The notes under the pieces are model-generated. The model saw only the letters and a program-made list of their open reading frames with translations, was not told the DNA's origin and did no database searches. The position numbers and the translations under genes are program-made. A stretch of DNA of 64,000 nucleotides, taken from Phyllosticta citribraziliensis. Taxonomy: Eukaryota. The stretch spans positions 310,001 to 374,000 of the forward strand of contig NW_027117349.1 in NCBI RefSeq assembly GCF_038025025.1, read 5' to 3'. Of the stretch, positions 24,022 through 36,410 are shown piece by piece; position 1 is the stretch's first letter, and each line of letters starts with the position of its first letter.

Positions 24022-26593
24022 CTACATTCCAATGCCTTGCAATGCAGGGTCTGGCCGCAGTTCTCCCTTTGCGAAGTCTCTTGAATCAGACCTTGCTGTG
24101 TCCTCGGAAGGGTTGACGAGCGTAGAGCCCGAAGACGTGGACGCGGTCGAAGGACGGCTCTGAGGGAAGAAGTGATTCAGGCCCCGGCCAGTCAACGGGC
24201 GTGGAGCCTTGCGCACACCGCAGATGTGGAGGCGCGTGTGTCGGCGCAGAGAGGCCTCGCGGAGAGTGAAGGAGTGGACCACGGCTTCCACAATCTCATC
24301 CTGTTCCGCCGTCAGCTAGACACAAAGTCGTTGGTGTTGCTCAAAACTTACGGGGCTCAATTCTGGCTCCAAGAAGTAGTAGGCCGGGTGGTCTTTTCCA
24401 AAAGCGATACCCTGATTTTCAAGTGTTTCCATTTCCACCCATTCTCTCCCAATGGCGAGGTAGTGGTCCGACGTCATATTGCTCTCGGGGGGCCATGAGG
24501 TCTGTGGCACGTAGTTTGGATTGAAGAAGTTGACGTGGAACGGCTTCCTACCGCAAAACCACGTTTGTCCCGAGTCTGGAGGAATCCGAAAGAGGTAAGC
24601 ATTTCGACCAAGGCTGAATGCCAGGCATCTTGATCGACTTACCTGATCCTCGCACGTAAATCACTTCGACGCCAATGTTGGAGCAAGAGACCAAGAATTC
24701 GCTTGGGTACTGGCCTGGCTCCCACATTATGGAGCCGTTCATGACACTCGCACGCTCCAGCTCTTCTGAATTGCTCGACGCGTCAATCTTCTCCGGCTTT
24801 GGGTCCAAGTTGAATATTGCGGTCCCTCTTCGTTTAAGTTGTGCAATCAGCCTCGACGATTGAGAATTCCCGGGGCTTGCCAAACCATGCAAGAGAACAC
24901 TGGTCGTTGGGACAATTTGTGGACTCGTTCTTCTGGAACGAGGGATTTGTCGGTTGATATACAGCGCCTTTTCCCCACCTGGGCTCTTGCTGAGCCGTAG
25001 CACATTTCCTGAGCCGTCTTTGTACGTCTTTGTAGGCACCAGACTTGCTTCCTGGTTAGATCCATCCATGTGGAGTCCCCACTGTTGTTGCGGTGGTGGA
25101 CGTTCCTCAGCTGGCCAAGTTGGAGCATGGCCCATGAAATCATAACCCGGCTGTTGTGTGCGAGGAAAAGGCGTTGAGAAGGGATTTGTGTTAATAAAGG
25201 GGTCCTGCGGAACATAGGTACTGTGGGGCACATAAGGATTTTGTGGAACAGATTGGTTGCCAGGGACATGACGCCAAGAATCTCGAGGGGCAGATCGGTT
25301 TCGAGGTGCAAAAGGATTGTTGTGGACGTAACGGTAATCGTCGAGGGAAGAATCCGTGTCGAGAGAGGATGCGACGGGATTTCTGTCCACCGGGGACTCG
25401 TTGTTGATATTTCCAGGGGCTTGCGTCCTGAGACTGTCCATTTCCACGTCGCTGTTCTCATCGTCAGAGGAGTCGTCGGAGCTGAAGTCGGATGCCGCTT
25501 GAGCCGGACTAGTCCTTTCTTGCTCAAATTTGCTCTCTTGTATGTCATCCTGCGTCAAAAACGACCATGCTTGGAGAAGCTTGTCCATGGTGTCTGTCGG
25601 ATCAGGTTTCCAAAAGCGGTCTGGCAACACCCAGCGGTCTTTTGGTGTCGGCGGTGGACGGAAGACTTCCTCTGTTACTGTCGTTGGTGGTGGGCGTGGA
25701 ATTTCCTCCGCCACAGTTGACATGGGTCTCACAGACGATGGACTCCGAGGGTGAAAAGGAGCTGCCCCTTGAGATTGTTGTTGTTGTTGAGGATCATGGT
25801 TCGCGTTGATAGCTTCGTTCGAAACCGGGGGTCTTGTACCATCTTCTCCGGAGTTGACATATTCTCCTGGTGCGAAGATCATCCCCTGCAGCCATGCCGC
25901 GGTCTTGTCCAAGACCATCTGGTTTGAGATTCTCCAAGTCTGCAACTGGCCGGGTTGATTCTCAAATTCTCTTCTTTCCTCCTTAGACTTGATCTCCTGC
26001 AGCTCAATGATGTTCTCCCTGCTTTTCATAATGATCGTCTCAGCAACTCTGCGGAAACGATGGCGCTGAGCAGTCTTTTGTGATTCTCGCTGTGATATGT
26101 CATGCAAACTGAATATCATGTACTCTGGTCAAACCGATTCTGATGCATTCTTTGATGGCACTTACATGGGATCGTTCTTGTGGTCGGCTGCAAGCCTCAT
26201 TATGACCAGCTTCAGTGTCAAGGTCGACTTGAGAGCCTCGAGTTCTTTCAACGGCTTTTCGACCTTCATACTTCTCCAGAACCATCTCAGAGTTTCCATC
26301 CTTCTCTTCTTCTTGATGTGTCTTTCGATTTCTGTCCTCAAATCTTTGTAATCTTCCAGGACGGACGTGGTAGAGTTGATGAATAGTGGTCGATAGAAGC
26401 CTTTGGCCTCGTCAATAGCTTGCTTAAGGCTGTCCAAGACTTCGGACATGTCCGAGAGCCCATGCGCGAGTTTTCGCACTTCTTCTTTTCCATTCTTGAT
26501 CGTGTCGACCATTTGGTACAACATCTTGGAAAGCTCCCAACCGGCCGTCGCAGCGCCTCCTACAAGGGAGATAATTGTGATCGGGTCCGCCAT
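24022..26593 (-). CDS. Protein with a fungal HeLo-like/SesA-type N-terminal helical domain, a disordered middle and a small C-terminal domain; 4 exons
   Basis: N-terminus MADPITIISLVGGAATAGWELSKMLYQMVDTIKNGKEEVRKLAHGLSDMSEVLDSL. Introns near 26164, 24642-24577 and 24350-24302 join exons in frame (DSGQTWFCGRKPFHVNFF..YLAIGREWVE..DEIVEAVVHSF). Confidence 0.75.
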
Positions 26594-27529
26594 GGCTGAG
26601 GTGAATTGTTTGTCTTACAGGACTTGAGAGAGACGAGGCTGAGTTTTGTGGGAATGTCGTATCTGCATATGCGTCTGCATGAAAGTGACACCCAATCGTT
26701 TTCTGTTGTACAGGTTGCCTGTCTCGGCTCATGCTCTACTCTGCCATCACGCTCATTATGCGACCTTTTGATCATTAGAGACAGAATAAATCGGTGGTTG
26801 TCTGCAGGTATTCAGCGGAAGCTTATTCGTGCTTCGGTATGTCCGTCCAATTGTTGGGGGCGTTTCCGGATGTCTCGGCTGTTTGTCGAGGTATCTCCTC
26901 CGTTCAGGTTGTCCTTAAGACGAAGAGGTGCAATGCACTGCGCTTAGCATCCAAGATAAGCGAGAGGCCGACATATTCAAGGAATGCAGCATGCTATAAA
27001 GGATCTTTCCGCATACGATGAATGTTCGCTAGGCGCACCTGTGACGGCGGAAGACAGCTCCCTAGACGCAATCAATAGTGGCGAACGAACGCTTCCTGGG
27101 TGCAGCTACAGTTCCAGGAGGTCTTCTTTCTTCTGACACCCACTGTCCTGTATAGAATCGCCCAAGGGCCCGGATATTGAAAGTTCGATACAATTACTTG
27201 GAAAAGTGGTCGAGTTTCGACTGTGCAGGAATGTCTGTTTCATAATTACGGACCTACCTGACCTTCGCGACGGAATCCGTCCAGTAGACTTCATCGACGA
27301 AGTCGAACGAAGTCGAATGCCTTTGTCCACGAACAATAATCCTCCTGTGCGAGTGTGCAGATGTTGGCCGCTTGGCGCTCGCCATGAGCCATGCCAGCGC
27401 CGCCTATGCTGATGAAACCGTTTCCAACGCCTGTGGTGGATTTAAGTAGGCCCAACGCCGTCCCGATGCGGAGACGACGGGCGTCCATTCGTGGACTCGA
27501 TTGATCGATCGAGAATTTTCCTGAGTATT

Positions 27530-29126
27530 CTAGATTGATGGCTGGATATCATGCATAACTTCGGGAATATCCTCTGTGCCAGTCCTGGCTTCCGACGACT
27601 TCAGGATGCCGTTCTCGTCGAAGTTTTTGCGCCACTCGATGAACTCGTCGCTGACAACGGAGCCGTACGTTCCACGCTTTACGAGAGACAACTGGAGCAC
27701 CTCCTGGTTTTCAATGTGCCTCACGCGCCAGTAGTCACCCTCGGTGACGTGGTCCTTGAGAAATTGGATGAAGGCAGAGAGGAATCTCAAGCAACGATTC
27801 TTGGACCAAGGCTTGTTCCTAGGAATCGCGTGCGTTTTGATCGACTCGACCTTGGGAATGTCAAAGACGCCCGTCCGGCTCTCAGTCCTGAGACCGAGAA
27901 TGATCCTGGGACAGTTGATTAGGTAGGACTGTGCCCAAAACTTGAGGAGTCGCATGTCGTAGGCGTGATTCTTCTTGTCGGCCAGGCCCTTTGCCAGAGT
28001 CTTAAGCTCTACCCAGTCGTAGTAGTTGTACTTGTCAATGTTGCCATACTCGCCATGGTATTCCGCAGGATTGGACTCGTGGAGCATGTCGTGGCTATCC
28101 CATACTGCGCCACCGCATGAGCCTTAGTCTTTGTATATAAACGAGGAAAACTTACTGCAGTCCACCTCTCCTCCATAGATAATCTTGTGCTTGTCATCCA
28201 ATGTGGATGACACAATTGAGCAGTACTGCGCGTGGTTGGAGACTTGTTGCTCATGTCGATTCTCAATCTGCTCTCGACTGACATTGTCCCACACGTCCGG
28301 AATAGTAGACATTGCTTCAAACTTGTATCCTGTCACCCGCGTTAGTACGGCCGGATTTTCAATCCATCGCTGTGGCGATGCCCTTCTGCGATTTCTTTCA
28401 TGAGCAAACATACCCAGATACATCACGGGCGAGAATGAGCCACGTGGATCCCGAGACTGGCGTTCGATCCTAGCCTGGAGGTGTTCCTCCAGGAAGCTAT
28501 AACAGTCGGTGCGTCAGTCATTTATTGAAGGGATGGTGGATAAAGCTACCGAGCAAACCCACATTTGTCCCTGGATCACGTCAATCAGACATCCACGAAG
28601 CCGTTGAACACTACAGTAGGGAAGCGCTTACTTGAAACTTGGTCACGTTCATCTCGAACGAGTCTCGTTTGTCGTAGATCATTGTCAGGATCTAAAGACA
28701 CCGTTAATGTATGTTCTCCATTTGAGGGAACTTTAGGGTCCGGACTTTGGTCAATTGGCCCCTCCAGGTGATGACCTCGGCGTCAGTGATCCGACCGGAT
28801 TCGGCCTCTTTTTCTTGGAGAGCTTGAAGCACAGCGTCGAGATGTCCATCAATTGTTTCGTCATGGCGGCGGAAGGTGTCAAAACCGGTCTGCAAACCGG
28901 CCCTGCGCGCATTCTCGCTGACATTCATGGGCCAGTAGTAAGAAATCGATGAATCGTCGGACTGGTACTTGTGCTCATCGTCGAAGGAGTAAAAGGCGAT
29001 TTCTCGTGGCGGAGTCAGGTCGGTTGAGGTTGAACCCGTGCTCTTGGCGCAATGGAAGCTCAAATGATGCGTAGGAGGAGCTGATAGGTCCCCAGTTCGC
29101 TCGTCCAATCCGTCTTCGTCAGGCAT
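27530..29126 (-). CDS. RAI1: Rai1/DXO-family decapping/pyrophosphohydrolase nuclease, multi-exon
   Basis: Family motifs in order: REIAFYSFDD, VITWRG, GYKFE, QYCSIV, GGEVD, WVELKT, LLKFWAQS. Confidence 0.88.
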
Positions 29127-29728
29127 GGTGTCGATCAATGACGGTTTCCTTGGGATAGACGCAGAGTACGTTTGTTGTTGAAGGTGCTCCGGCAACGCGC
29201 GAGACCCTTGATCTACACACACGACGTCACGCTGCCGAGCCTGTGGTGTCGTGTCGCACCCCGGTCCATGCACCAAACTGGGACCTTGGGCTTAGAGCGC
29301 TATGAGATGAATGACAGGAACGAGTTATCGAAAGGATGCGAATGGCGACCTTACGTCAGGTCAAGGGGAAATTGATTCTTGAAGATTTCTCGGAAACAAG
29401 TGTTGAATGATTGAGACCAATTCGTGAGGATCTCAGAATTGAACAGTGGGCCCGCCTGGACTACAATCAAAACTGCCTAGCTTAAGGACGTTCTGCTAGA
29501 GGCACTTGCATAGTTGGTGTAGAGGCAGCGGTGTGTTGAGAAAAGTCGTGCTAAGTCTACGGCCAAAATGGCAGCTGTCGGCGGCAACTACATCTCGCAG
29601 CAACCTCCGCATCTGCAGTGTTTACCTGTACTTCCCGTTGTGCATCATCGCTCCACCACAACCAGCGTCAATCCTCTGTCGCGAAATCTCAGCCCGCTTC
29701 CCTACTCCTACCATTTCTATCGCCCGGC

Positions 29729-30340
29729 ATGAGTAGTCGCGCAACACATGTCCACCCAACGCACCGCACAACCACGGCCTCTGGTATGCGACGGAATCTC
29801 TTCAACAGCACGCTTTCCCGGCGGCCAACCGCGCCCAGCACAACGAGTGCCACCTCCGCCACCACCCTACACCTAGCCGATATCGACGATGAAGAAGGAG
29901 AAGGACGTCAAGGCCATTTGCTGGAGCGAGATCGAGACATGGTGGCGCGGGACGAAGACGGCAATTATAAGCTCGACACGTCAATGCTAGGGCCGCTACC
30001 GCCGGACGAGGAGAGCGAAGAGAAAGGTGAGCAGGGCGAGAGATATGGGTCACATGGGCGAAGAGCATGCCACCGCGACTCAATCCACTTTCAAGACAGC
30101 CTGCTGACAAGTTGCAATACAGAAGCAAAGATACACCTCGTCGAAACGTACCGAAGACACCAACAACAGACACATCCTGAGGGTACTGGCAAGAAGGGCG
30201 ACGAGGAGCGAGAAAATTGCACCTTGTGCACGGAGCTCAAGCAAACACTGCAGGCCAGCCTGCATGCCCAGCTTGAATCGCTCGAGGAAGACAAGTGGAT
30301 GTTTGAGGGCGAAGATCCCAAGATGATGGTATTGGATTGA
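29729..30340 (+). CDS. Small conserved fungal protein (possibly APC16-like, see findings)
   Basis: ATG follows a C-rich leader. Motifs MRRNLFNSTLSRRPT, VARDEDGNYKL and LESLEEDKWMFE. In-frame GT-AG intron at about 30027-30122. Confidence 0.7.
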   Translation: MSSRATHVHPTHRTTTASGMRRNLFNSTLSRRPTAPSTTSATSATTLHLADIDDEEGEGRQGHLLERDRDMVARDEDGNYKLDTSMLGPLPPDEESEEKGEQGERYGSHGRRACHRDSIHFQDSLLTSCNTEAKIHLVETYRRHQQQTHPEGTGKKGDEERENCTLCTELKQTLQASLHAQLESLEEDKWMFEGEDPKMMVLD

Positions 30341-30525
30341 TCTCCATGCAATGCAAATCAATGGCGGCAAATGTAGGGGTTTTTGGAAACACTGGGTCAG
30401 GAGCGGGCGTCTGTGGATATGGCATTTTTATAAAGATACCCGTAGCCTAGAGGCTACACTGGCGGGCAAATTCGGTCTGGATCTTCATCCCATTCCTCCA
30501 AATAATCAATATCTTCTTGTTCGTC

Positions 30526-31682
30526 TCAGTCCAAACCGGGAGCAGGCGGCGGCGTCGGTTCTACGCGCCTGGACTGCGGCTTCTTTGCTGGGCCGCCGCC
30601 GCCGAACATGCTACTCATCATGTCCATGAGCGGGTTGGATTGGCTGGGCATGCGAATGTCAAAGTACATCTCAGCAATCTGATCCAGTGCGTCCTTCCAT
30701 GCTGGTACCTCATCGATGTTTGTCTTGTAATGCGATTTCAACAGGCGGAACAGATCTGAGCCGCCACGGGTCACAGACAAGAGCAGGAGGCCGAGGAAGT
30801 TGAGGAGTGGAAGCGAAGGGTACAGTCGTAGATCGACGCTCGCGGTACTGACTTCTTGTACGGCGAGGGAGCTGTTGGCTTGCGAGAGACGCGTGGTGAA
30901 TTGTAGGAAGGATTGGTTGGCGGCACGCAAGTTGCCAGCGACGAGGTAGGGTAGAACGGCGCGAGCAGCATAGAGCGGTGCGGTGTGGGCTTGATCTTCC
31001 GAGTACCATTCATACTCGAGCTTGACGAGTTGTTCGGGCGAGTCCCGCGTGCCTTGGACAAAGTGTCTTTCTGCCTCGTAGGCTTCACCGTCTGTCGGTT
31101 GTTCACAAGTCAGCGCCAGCGTTGGAAGCGCAAACATCGACACTCACCTTCAGCAAGAACCGTGCCAATGACGTGGTGAAGCTCTGGGTCACCCGCAGGA
31201 TATTCACCCAACCTCGCCGACCACCTGCTATTGTCAGCCCAAGCCCTCGAAGCACCATTCGACTCGCAATACGACGCACCCAATCATGTCGCCAATGAAC
31301 CTCTTCTTGGTCGGCTCGTTTGGCGGGAATGCCCGCAGCAAGCTTAAGACCCGCGCCTTGCTCCCCGCATCGGGCTTCGTCTCTGCCTTGTGGTACACCT
31401 CGATCAAGAAGATGCACAGGTCGCCGCCGCTACCGCCCTGGCCGGCCTGCAGCAGCGCCTGCGCGCCCTGCGAGAGGAGATCGATGGCGGCATTCCAGTT
31501 GGACTGTTTGATGTAGCGCGCAGCGATGACGCGCAGCTGCTGGTGGGCCTCGTAGAACTGGCCTTCTGCGATCCTGGCGACGCGTGAGCTTCCAGCGCTT
31601 CGACGGGCTACACGGCAAGGGAGGGGATGGCGACGCGTTACTTTTCTTGCTGGCGCTGTATCGTCCTCTCGATCTTCGACAT
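30526..31682 (-). CDS. GET4: Golgi-to-ER traffic protein 4 (DUF410), 4 exons
   Basis: MSKIERTIQRQQEK|IAEGQFYEAHQQLRVIAARY, GSGGDLC, GDPELHH, YEAERHF, RAVLPYL, PLLNFL. Confidence 0.95.
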
Positions 31683-31968
31683 GGTGACGGCGGTGTGGGA
31701 GAGGTTGGAACGTCGGTGTGGAGAGCTGCTGTCAGCGCGCCTAGGTGCAGGTGGTTTTCGAGTCCGCTTGACGCGAGTCTCACTCCTGCCCTCCCCGCAA
31801 TCCAACCCCTCCATTCCTTTCTCTGACTCTACATACAACCCTTTCTAGCTCCCTTTTCAGCCACATCATCTTCTTCGCACACTCTCATGGTCTTCTTCCT
31901 GGGGAGGGAGCGTTGAAAATTGCGCCCACAATATAGAGCATCTGATCATGCTGATTCCTTTACGCAAC

Positions 31969-32051
31969 GCACCAATGGTTTAGGGGTAAAATTCCAGCTT
32001 CCCACTGTGTCAGACGAGCTGGAGCGCCGGGTTCGAGTCCCGGTTGGTGCA
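31969..32051 (+). tRNA. tRNA-Gly(CCC) with a 12-nt intron
   Basis: Acceptor GCACCAA/TTGGTGC-A, anticodon arm CCAGC-TTCCCA[ctgtgtcagacg]A-GCTGG, T-arm CCGGG-TTCGAGT-CCCGG, T5 terminator at about 32061. Confidence 0.94.
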
Positions 32052-32543
32052 ACGAACTACTTTTTGCATATCGTTTTGTCTGTGGTGATTCTCTGGGAGT
32101 GGGGGCCAAGCGTTTTGGGGGTTGAGAGGTGTGAGAGGAGGCGGAGCGGAGCGGGATGAGATGGCGTGGCGGGGAAGGACAGGGTGCAAAAGTGGGCTCG
32201 CGATGAAAAGGCAGGTGCGCAAAATCAGGGAGTCGCTGCAGGTCTCCCAGACGCAGAAGTGTTTAATGGGATATGAAGTGACGGGTGACTTGCACTTTCG
32301 CAGGTGAACTGTGACGGACTCGGCGGTTTTGACGACGGGAGGATTAAGTAGGAGCAAGCAAGTCAAAGTGATGACGATTAGGTCGAGAGCGAGATTATCT
32401 GAAACCAAGAGAATCTGAGTGAACTACCTAGGAGACCAATCTCATTGTTTTGTGTAAATAAGCATTTTGTAGATGGCTGCCATACCCCTCTGCAAAAAAC
32501 AATTTGCAATTTGGCCGCCAGCAAGATCAGCCTTGACCATTTT

Positions 32544-32811
32544 TGAAAAACCAGTGTCTTGACTGAGACCGTCGAAGTTCGCATCCACAACCAGCCATCC
32601 ATGACTTTCATCCAATTTGTGGATCCACAAGACGCCCGCATACCAATATTGACCACCCAGCTCTTCAGCAAGAGCAACCTTCAGCAGATCTGAAAACCAA
32701 TTCCTTTACCGAGACCGTCAAAGCTCACCTCCGAAGGAAGCCACCACCCCAATGACTCTTTCCAATTTGTTGACCCACCAGACGCTCCCATTTTTGCACT
32801 GAACCACCCAA
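32544..32811. repeat. Diverged tandem duplication, period about 147-150 nt
   Basis: The blocks tgaaaa(a)cca / gagaccgtc / atgact / tccaatttgt / agacgc / accaccca each occur twice in the same order, starting at about 32544 and 32691. Confidence 0.75.
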
Positions 32812-35116
32812 CTAGCCTTGTAAGTTCAGTTCTTTCTTCCTGGGCAGTTTAGTTTCGCCCTCGACATACGGCAAGCCGGCTTCCTCGCGGGCCATGTCAT
32901 TGATCCACTTAGAGTCCGGCAACAACTCCTTGCCCTTGGCCAAGCTATCCGCCATGAAAAGCCAGCTGAGTGCGTTGCCCACGGTGCTAACCTCGTCCGA
33001 GACGTGCGTGGCAGCAAACTTTGACATTCGTTCATACAGCTCCGTGTCGTTGAACAGGTCGGCCAAGTGTCTTGCAACGGCGCGGAAGTCACCGGGCTCA
33101 ACGAGAAAGCCGGACTTCTTGTGCTGAACCTGCAGAGGGATGCCACCTGCCTTGGTTGCGATGATCGGAATACCTTTGTGCAAGGCTTCCGACACTTTGA
33201 CTTCGAAGCCTTCGCGTGTCGACAGCTGAAGCGCGACCTTGGCGTTGGACATGACGGCGTTGAGTAGCTGGTCGGTCGGTCCCAGACGCATGACGACCAC
33301 GTCGCCTCGGATGTCGCTATATTTGCCGTTCAGTAGCGACAGCGTCTGGTCAAGAATCATGGATCCGTCCGGATCGTCGACTGCACCGTGACCAGCCAGC
33401 ACGAGCTGCGGCGTCTCCTCCTTGGGCCAATCTTTCATGTGCGTCCGGCGTAGCTCAGCGTAGCCAGCTAGAACATCGGGAATGCCCTTCGATGGGTCGA
33501 AGCGTGCGATTTGAGCAATGTAGTCGCGGTGGGGAAAGTCGAGTTGGTTCATTTGCTGTTTGAAGCACTCTGAACTCAGCTCATGAAAGTAATACTCAGT
33601 GACAAACTGGTTCATTTCCTTGTTCAAGCCGTCAAGCCAGTCGGTGGTGGCGGGCAAGTAGCCGACCTTTTTGAAATCGACGTTGGACGGCACGAACTCC
33701 TTGACAGGATGGCTGATGAACAAGTCTGCTTGCTTAACATTATTCCACACCCAGTTCCACACTTCGGCCGTTGGAGTGCTAGGGTCGTCGGCAAGATCCG
33801 AGCGGACTTGGATATGACTGCGGAAAATGACCGGGCGCTCAGGATCGATAGTCTTGGAAATCTTGACGAGCGCAGGCATCTGTGGATCGTCCACAATGAT
33901 GACGTCTGCACCACCGTTCGAGCGCGGAGCCAAAGGTCCTCCAGTTGGGATCCAGAATCTCTCAGCGTTACCCTGGACCCACTCATCCAACATTGCCTGT
34001 TTCTCCGGCGTCAGGCGTGCATCGGGGCTCGCTACTCCCTGAAGGATGTTGTGATTTGTCTTGGTGAGGCGAAATACCTCTGGCTTTGGCTTCGGGACGT
34101 ACCATTTTGCGTCGAGACCCAACAAGCGGAAGAATCTGATGAGCGCATGGCGCATGAGAGCAACACCGCCACCTTGAGGGGTGCTGTTGAAAAAAGCAAT
34201 CTTGGTGTTGTGCTCTTTGATTGACTTTACGTACTTCATTGTGGCTTCCCACGTGCGCTGGCCAACAGTCTCGGGGTATTGATCGAGTCGAGTGACCAAG
34301 GCATGGCCTCGGCAATCAACTTCAACGACATTCTTGAAGCCAATCTGGACCCGGGGCTGTGAATTGGGACCGAAAAACATCAAAGACTTGCGAGCCATAG
34401 AGTCAGCCTCCTCGTCGATGGTGACTGCGGCTTTGGGGGCACCACCCAGGTTTTCTAAGCCATGCTCAAAAACCAGGGGGACAATGTCCAATTCCCACCA
34501 TAGACGAGAAGGTAGCTGTGGGCTCAGATCAACCAGAGCCTTGGTGATGCCAGCCCCGGCAAACTTGTAGAGATGGTCGTGCTGGTAATCGGAGATTTTG
34601 GAAATGACAAAATCGGCCAGGGCCTTGTCTCGATCGTGCTCTCGCAGGGGAACTGCAGGAGTAGAGGGCCGCGAGCCATCCCAAGAGCTGCAGTTGCTGG
34701 AGAACCCAGTCGAAAAGCCGTTCGAGACCTTGCTACTGCGTCGGTTGCGGCCGTTGGGATCCTCGCCACCGACCACGTGCACGGCAAAGTCGAGGCTGTA
34801 GGTGCCGTCATGTGAGGCAAAGCCTACTTCAAGCAAGCCACGCTCGTCTTGCTTTGCAGCAAGTCCGATGTAAAGGGTCTTGACTGGTTAGCAGCGGTAG
34901 AGTGGAGTCAGGTCAGCAACATACGGTTGGAACTGCTCCGAATTCAACCGTCAACCGGGATTTCCCAAGCTTCTCGAGGTGCTTAGTCGGGCCATGAGCT
35001 TCAAAGTCATGGCGAGTCTTTGTGCTGGTGTAAGGGAGATCGTCGGTACTAGACCAAGTAGCCCGCCTTGTGTGGTGGGAGGGGCTGGTGTTGGTGTCTG
35101 ACAATGACGAGATCAT
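32812..35116 (-). CDS. Trehalose synthase/phosphorylase (GT4 family, ccg-9-like), 2 exons
   Basis: NSTPQGGGVALMRHAL, TKTNHNILQG, DDPQ, FRSHIQ, QIARFDPSKG, GAVDDPDG, LQLSTREGFEVKVSEAL. Intron at about 34925-34880. Confidence 0.95.
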
Positions 35117-36410
35117 GAAATGGAGAGAGCGTGCTCATTTGGTGGAGGAGAATGATGGATGGAGCAAGTTGAAGAGGCGGTTGGAGGGGTTTAATACAAT
35201 AAGACGGATCACAAGGGAATTGGCTCGTGAAGGGATGCAGAGGGCCCGAGGGCGTGGAGCTGACTGGTGATCGGTGTCACCACGTGGATGCGTCAAAGAC
35301 GACGGGAGCAGCTGGACCGCATGACATTGAGATACGTCCCGTCATGTCAGAAGGGCGTGTCTGCAGAAAGGCTGTGGTGGTGGCGTGGAATCGCCGTTGA
35401 CGGCAGTTTGGACGTGGGCATGGGATCGGCACTCGAGGCTTGGGCCGCTCAATGCGGAGGACAAGACAACCAAGTAAGCATGACAACAGACCAACGCCAG
35501 AGGTCCAATGGCGTGCGCGCAATCCCAACGGATCCCGTGCTGAAGATGGGCTTTTTACATTGCGTTGCACGCCTGTCGATAGTTTTGTCGAAGACCAGCC
35601 CTGGTGCACAGCTGCGGCACATGTTGCACGATCTGCTCTCGTTTGGTCGGTCGACGTGCCATCTGCTCACATTGATACAAAGCTGGAGCGATGATGATGA
35701 TGAAATGGCTTCTTTGTTTTCGTCTGCCCAACTGCATGTGGATGGGACGGAGGGAGCAGTCGGCTCGGGTCGGGGTGGTCCGCCGAGGTGGCGCTTCCTT
35801 GATTCAATCCTTCAGTCCCCGGCGCCTGAGGCAGACGGCGTGTCCCGCCGTTTCATCAGCCTCGAAAAAGGGCCCCGGTCAATTCAATGGTGTGTCCAGG
35901 AGATGGCATGGGTGATGGGTCGAGTAACAGGCTGTTCTGGAAGTGCAGAAGCCGGCCGACGCGGCGCTAGCCCAAGCGGGCTTAGGGCCCCTCCAAACCA
36001 CATGCGGCTTAGCTCCCGCTGCTGCATGCTCAGGCTCATGCTGGCCCGTGCTCCCGCTAGCCTCGTCGGCTTGCGGGAGGTTGCAACTCAGTGCCAACTC
36101 CACACCACCCGTCTTTCCGCTCACCCATCTCCTCGCCATCGACGGTCCATCGCCCTGCGCCCGCAACACCTCCCCGGGCTTCGCAAGCGATTCGCTGGCG
36201 CCATCATCGAGACCTACCGCGCACTCTGCGTCCAAGTCTTGGCCTCAAACCTCCGCACCCATCTACGCGCCAATCGTCTCGCGAGCACCGCGTTCGCGTC
36301 ACTAGTCTTCGTTGATCCGCGTCTCAATCGCCCCGGAATTCTCCTCCGCCCTCTCCATCTTGCGCATCTAGACTCTGGCCACACATTGCGCGCTGGTCAC
36401 CCGGTCCACC

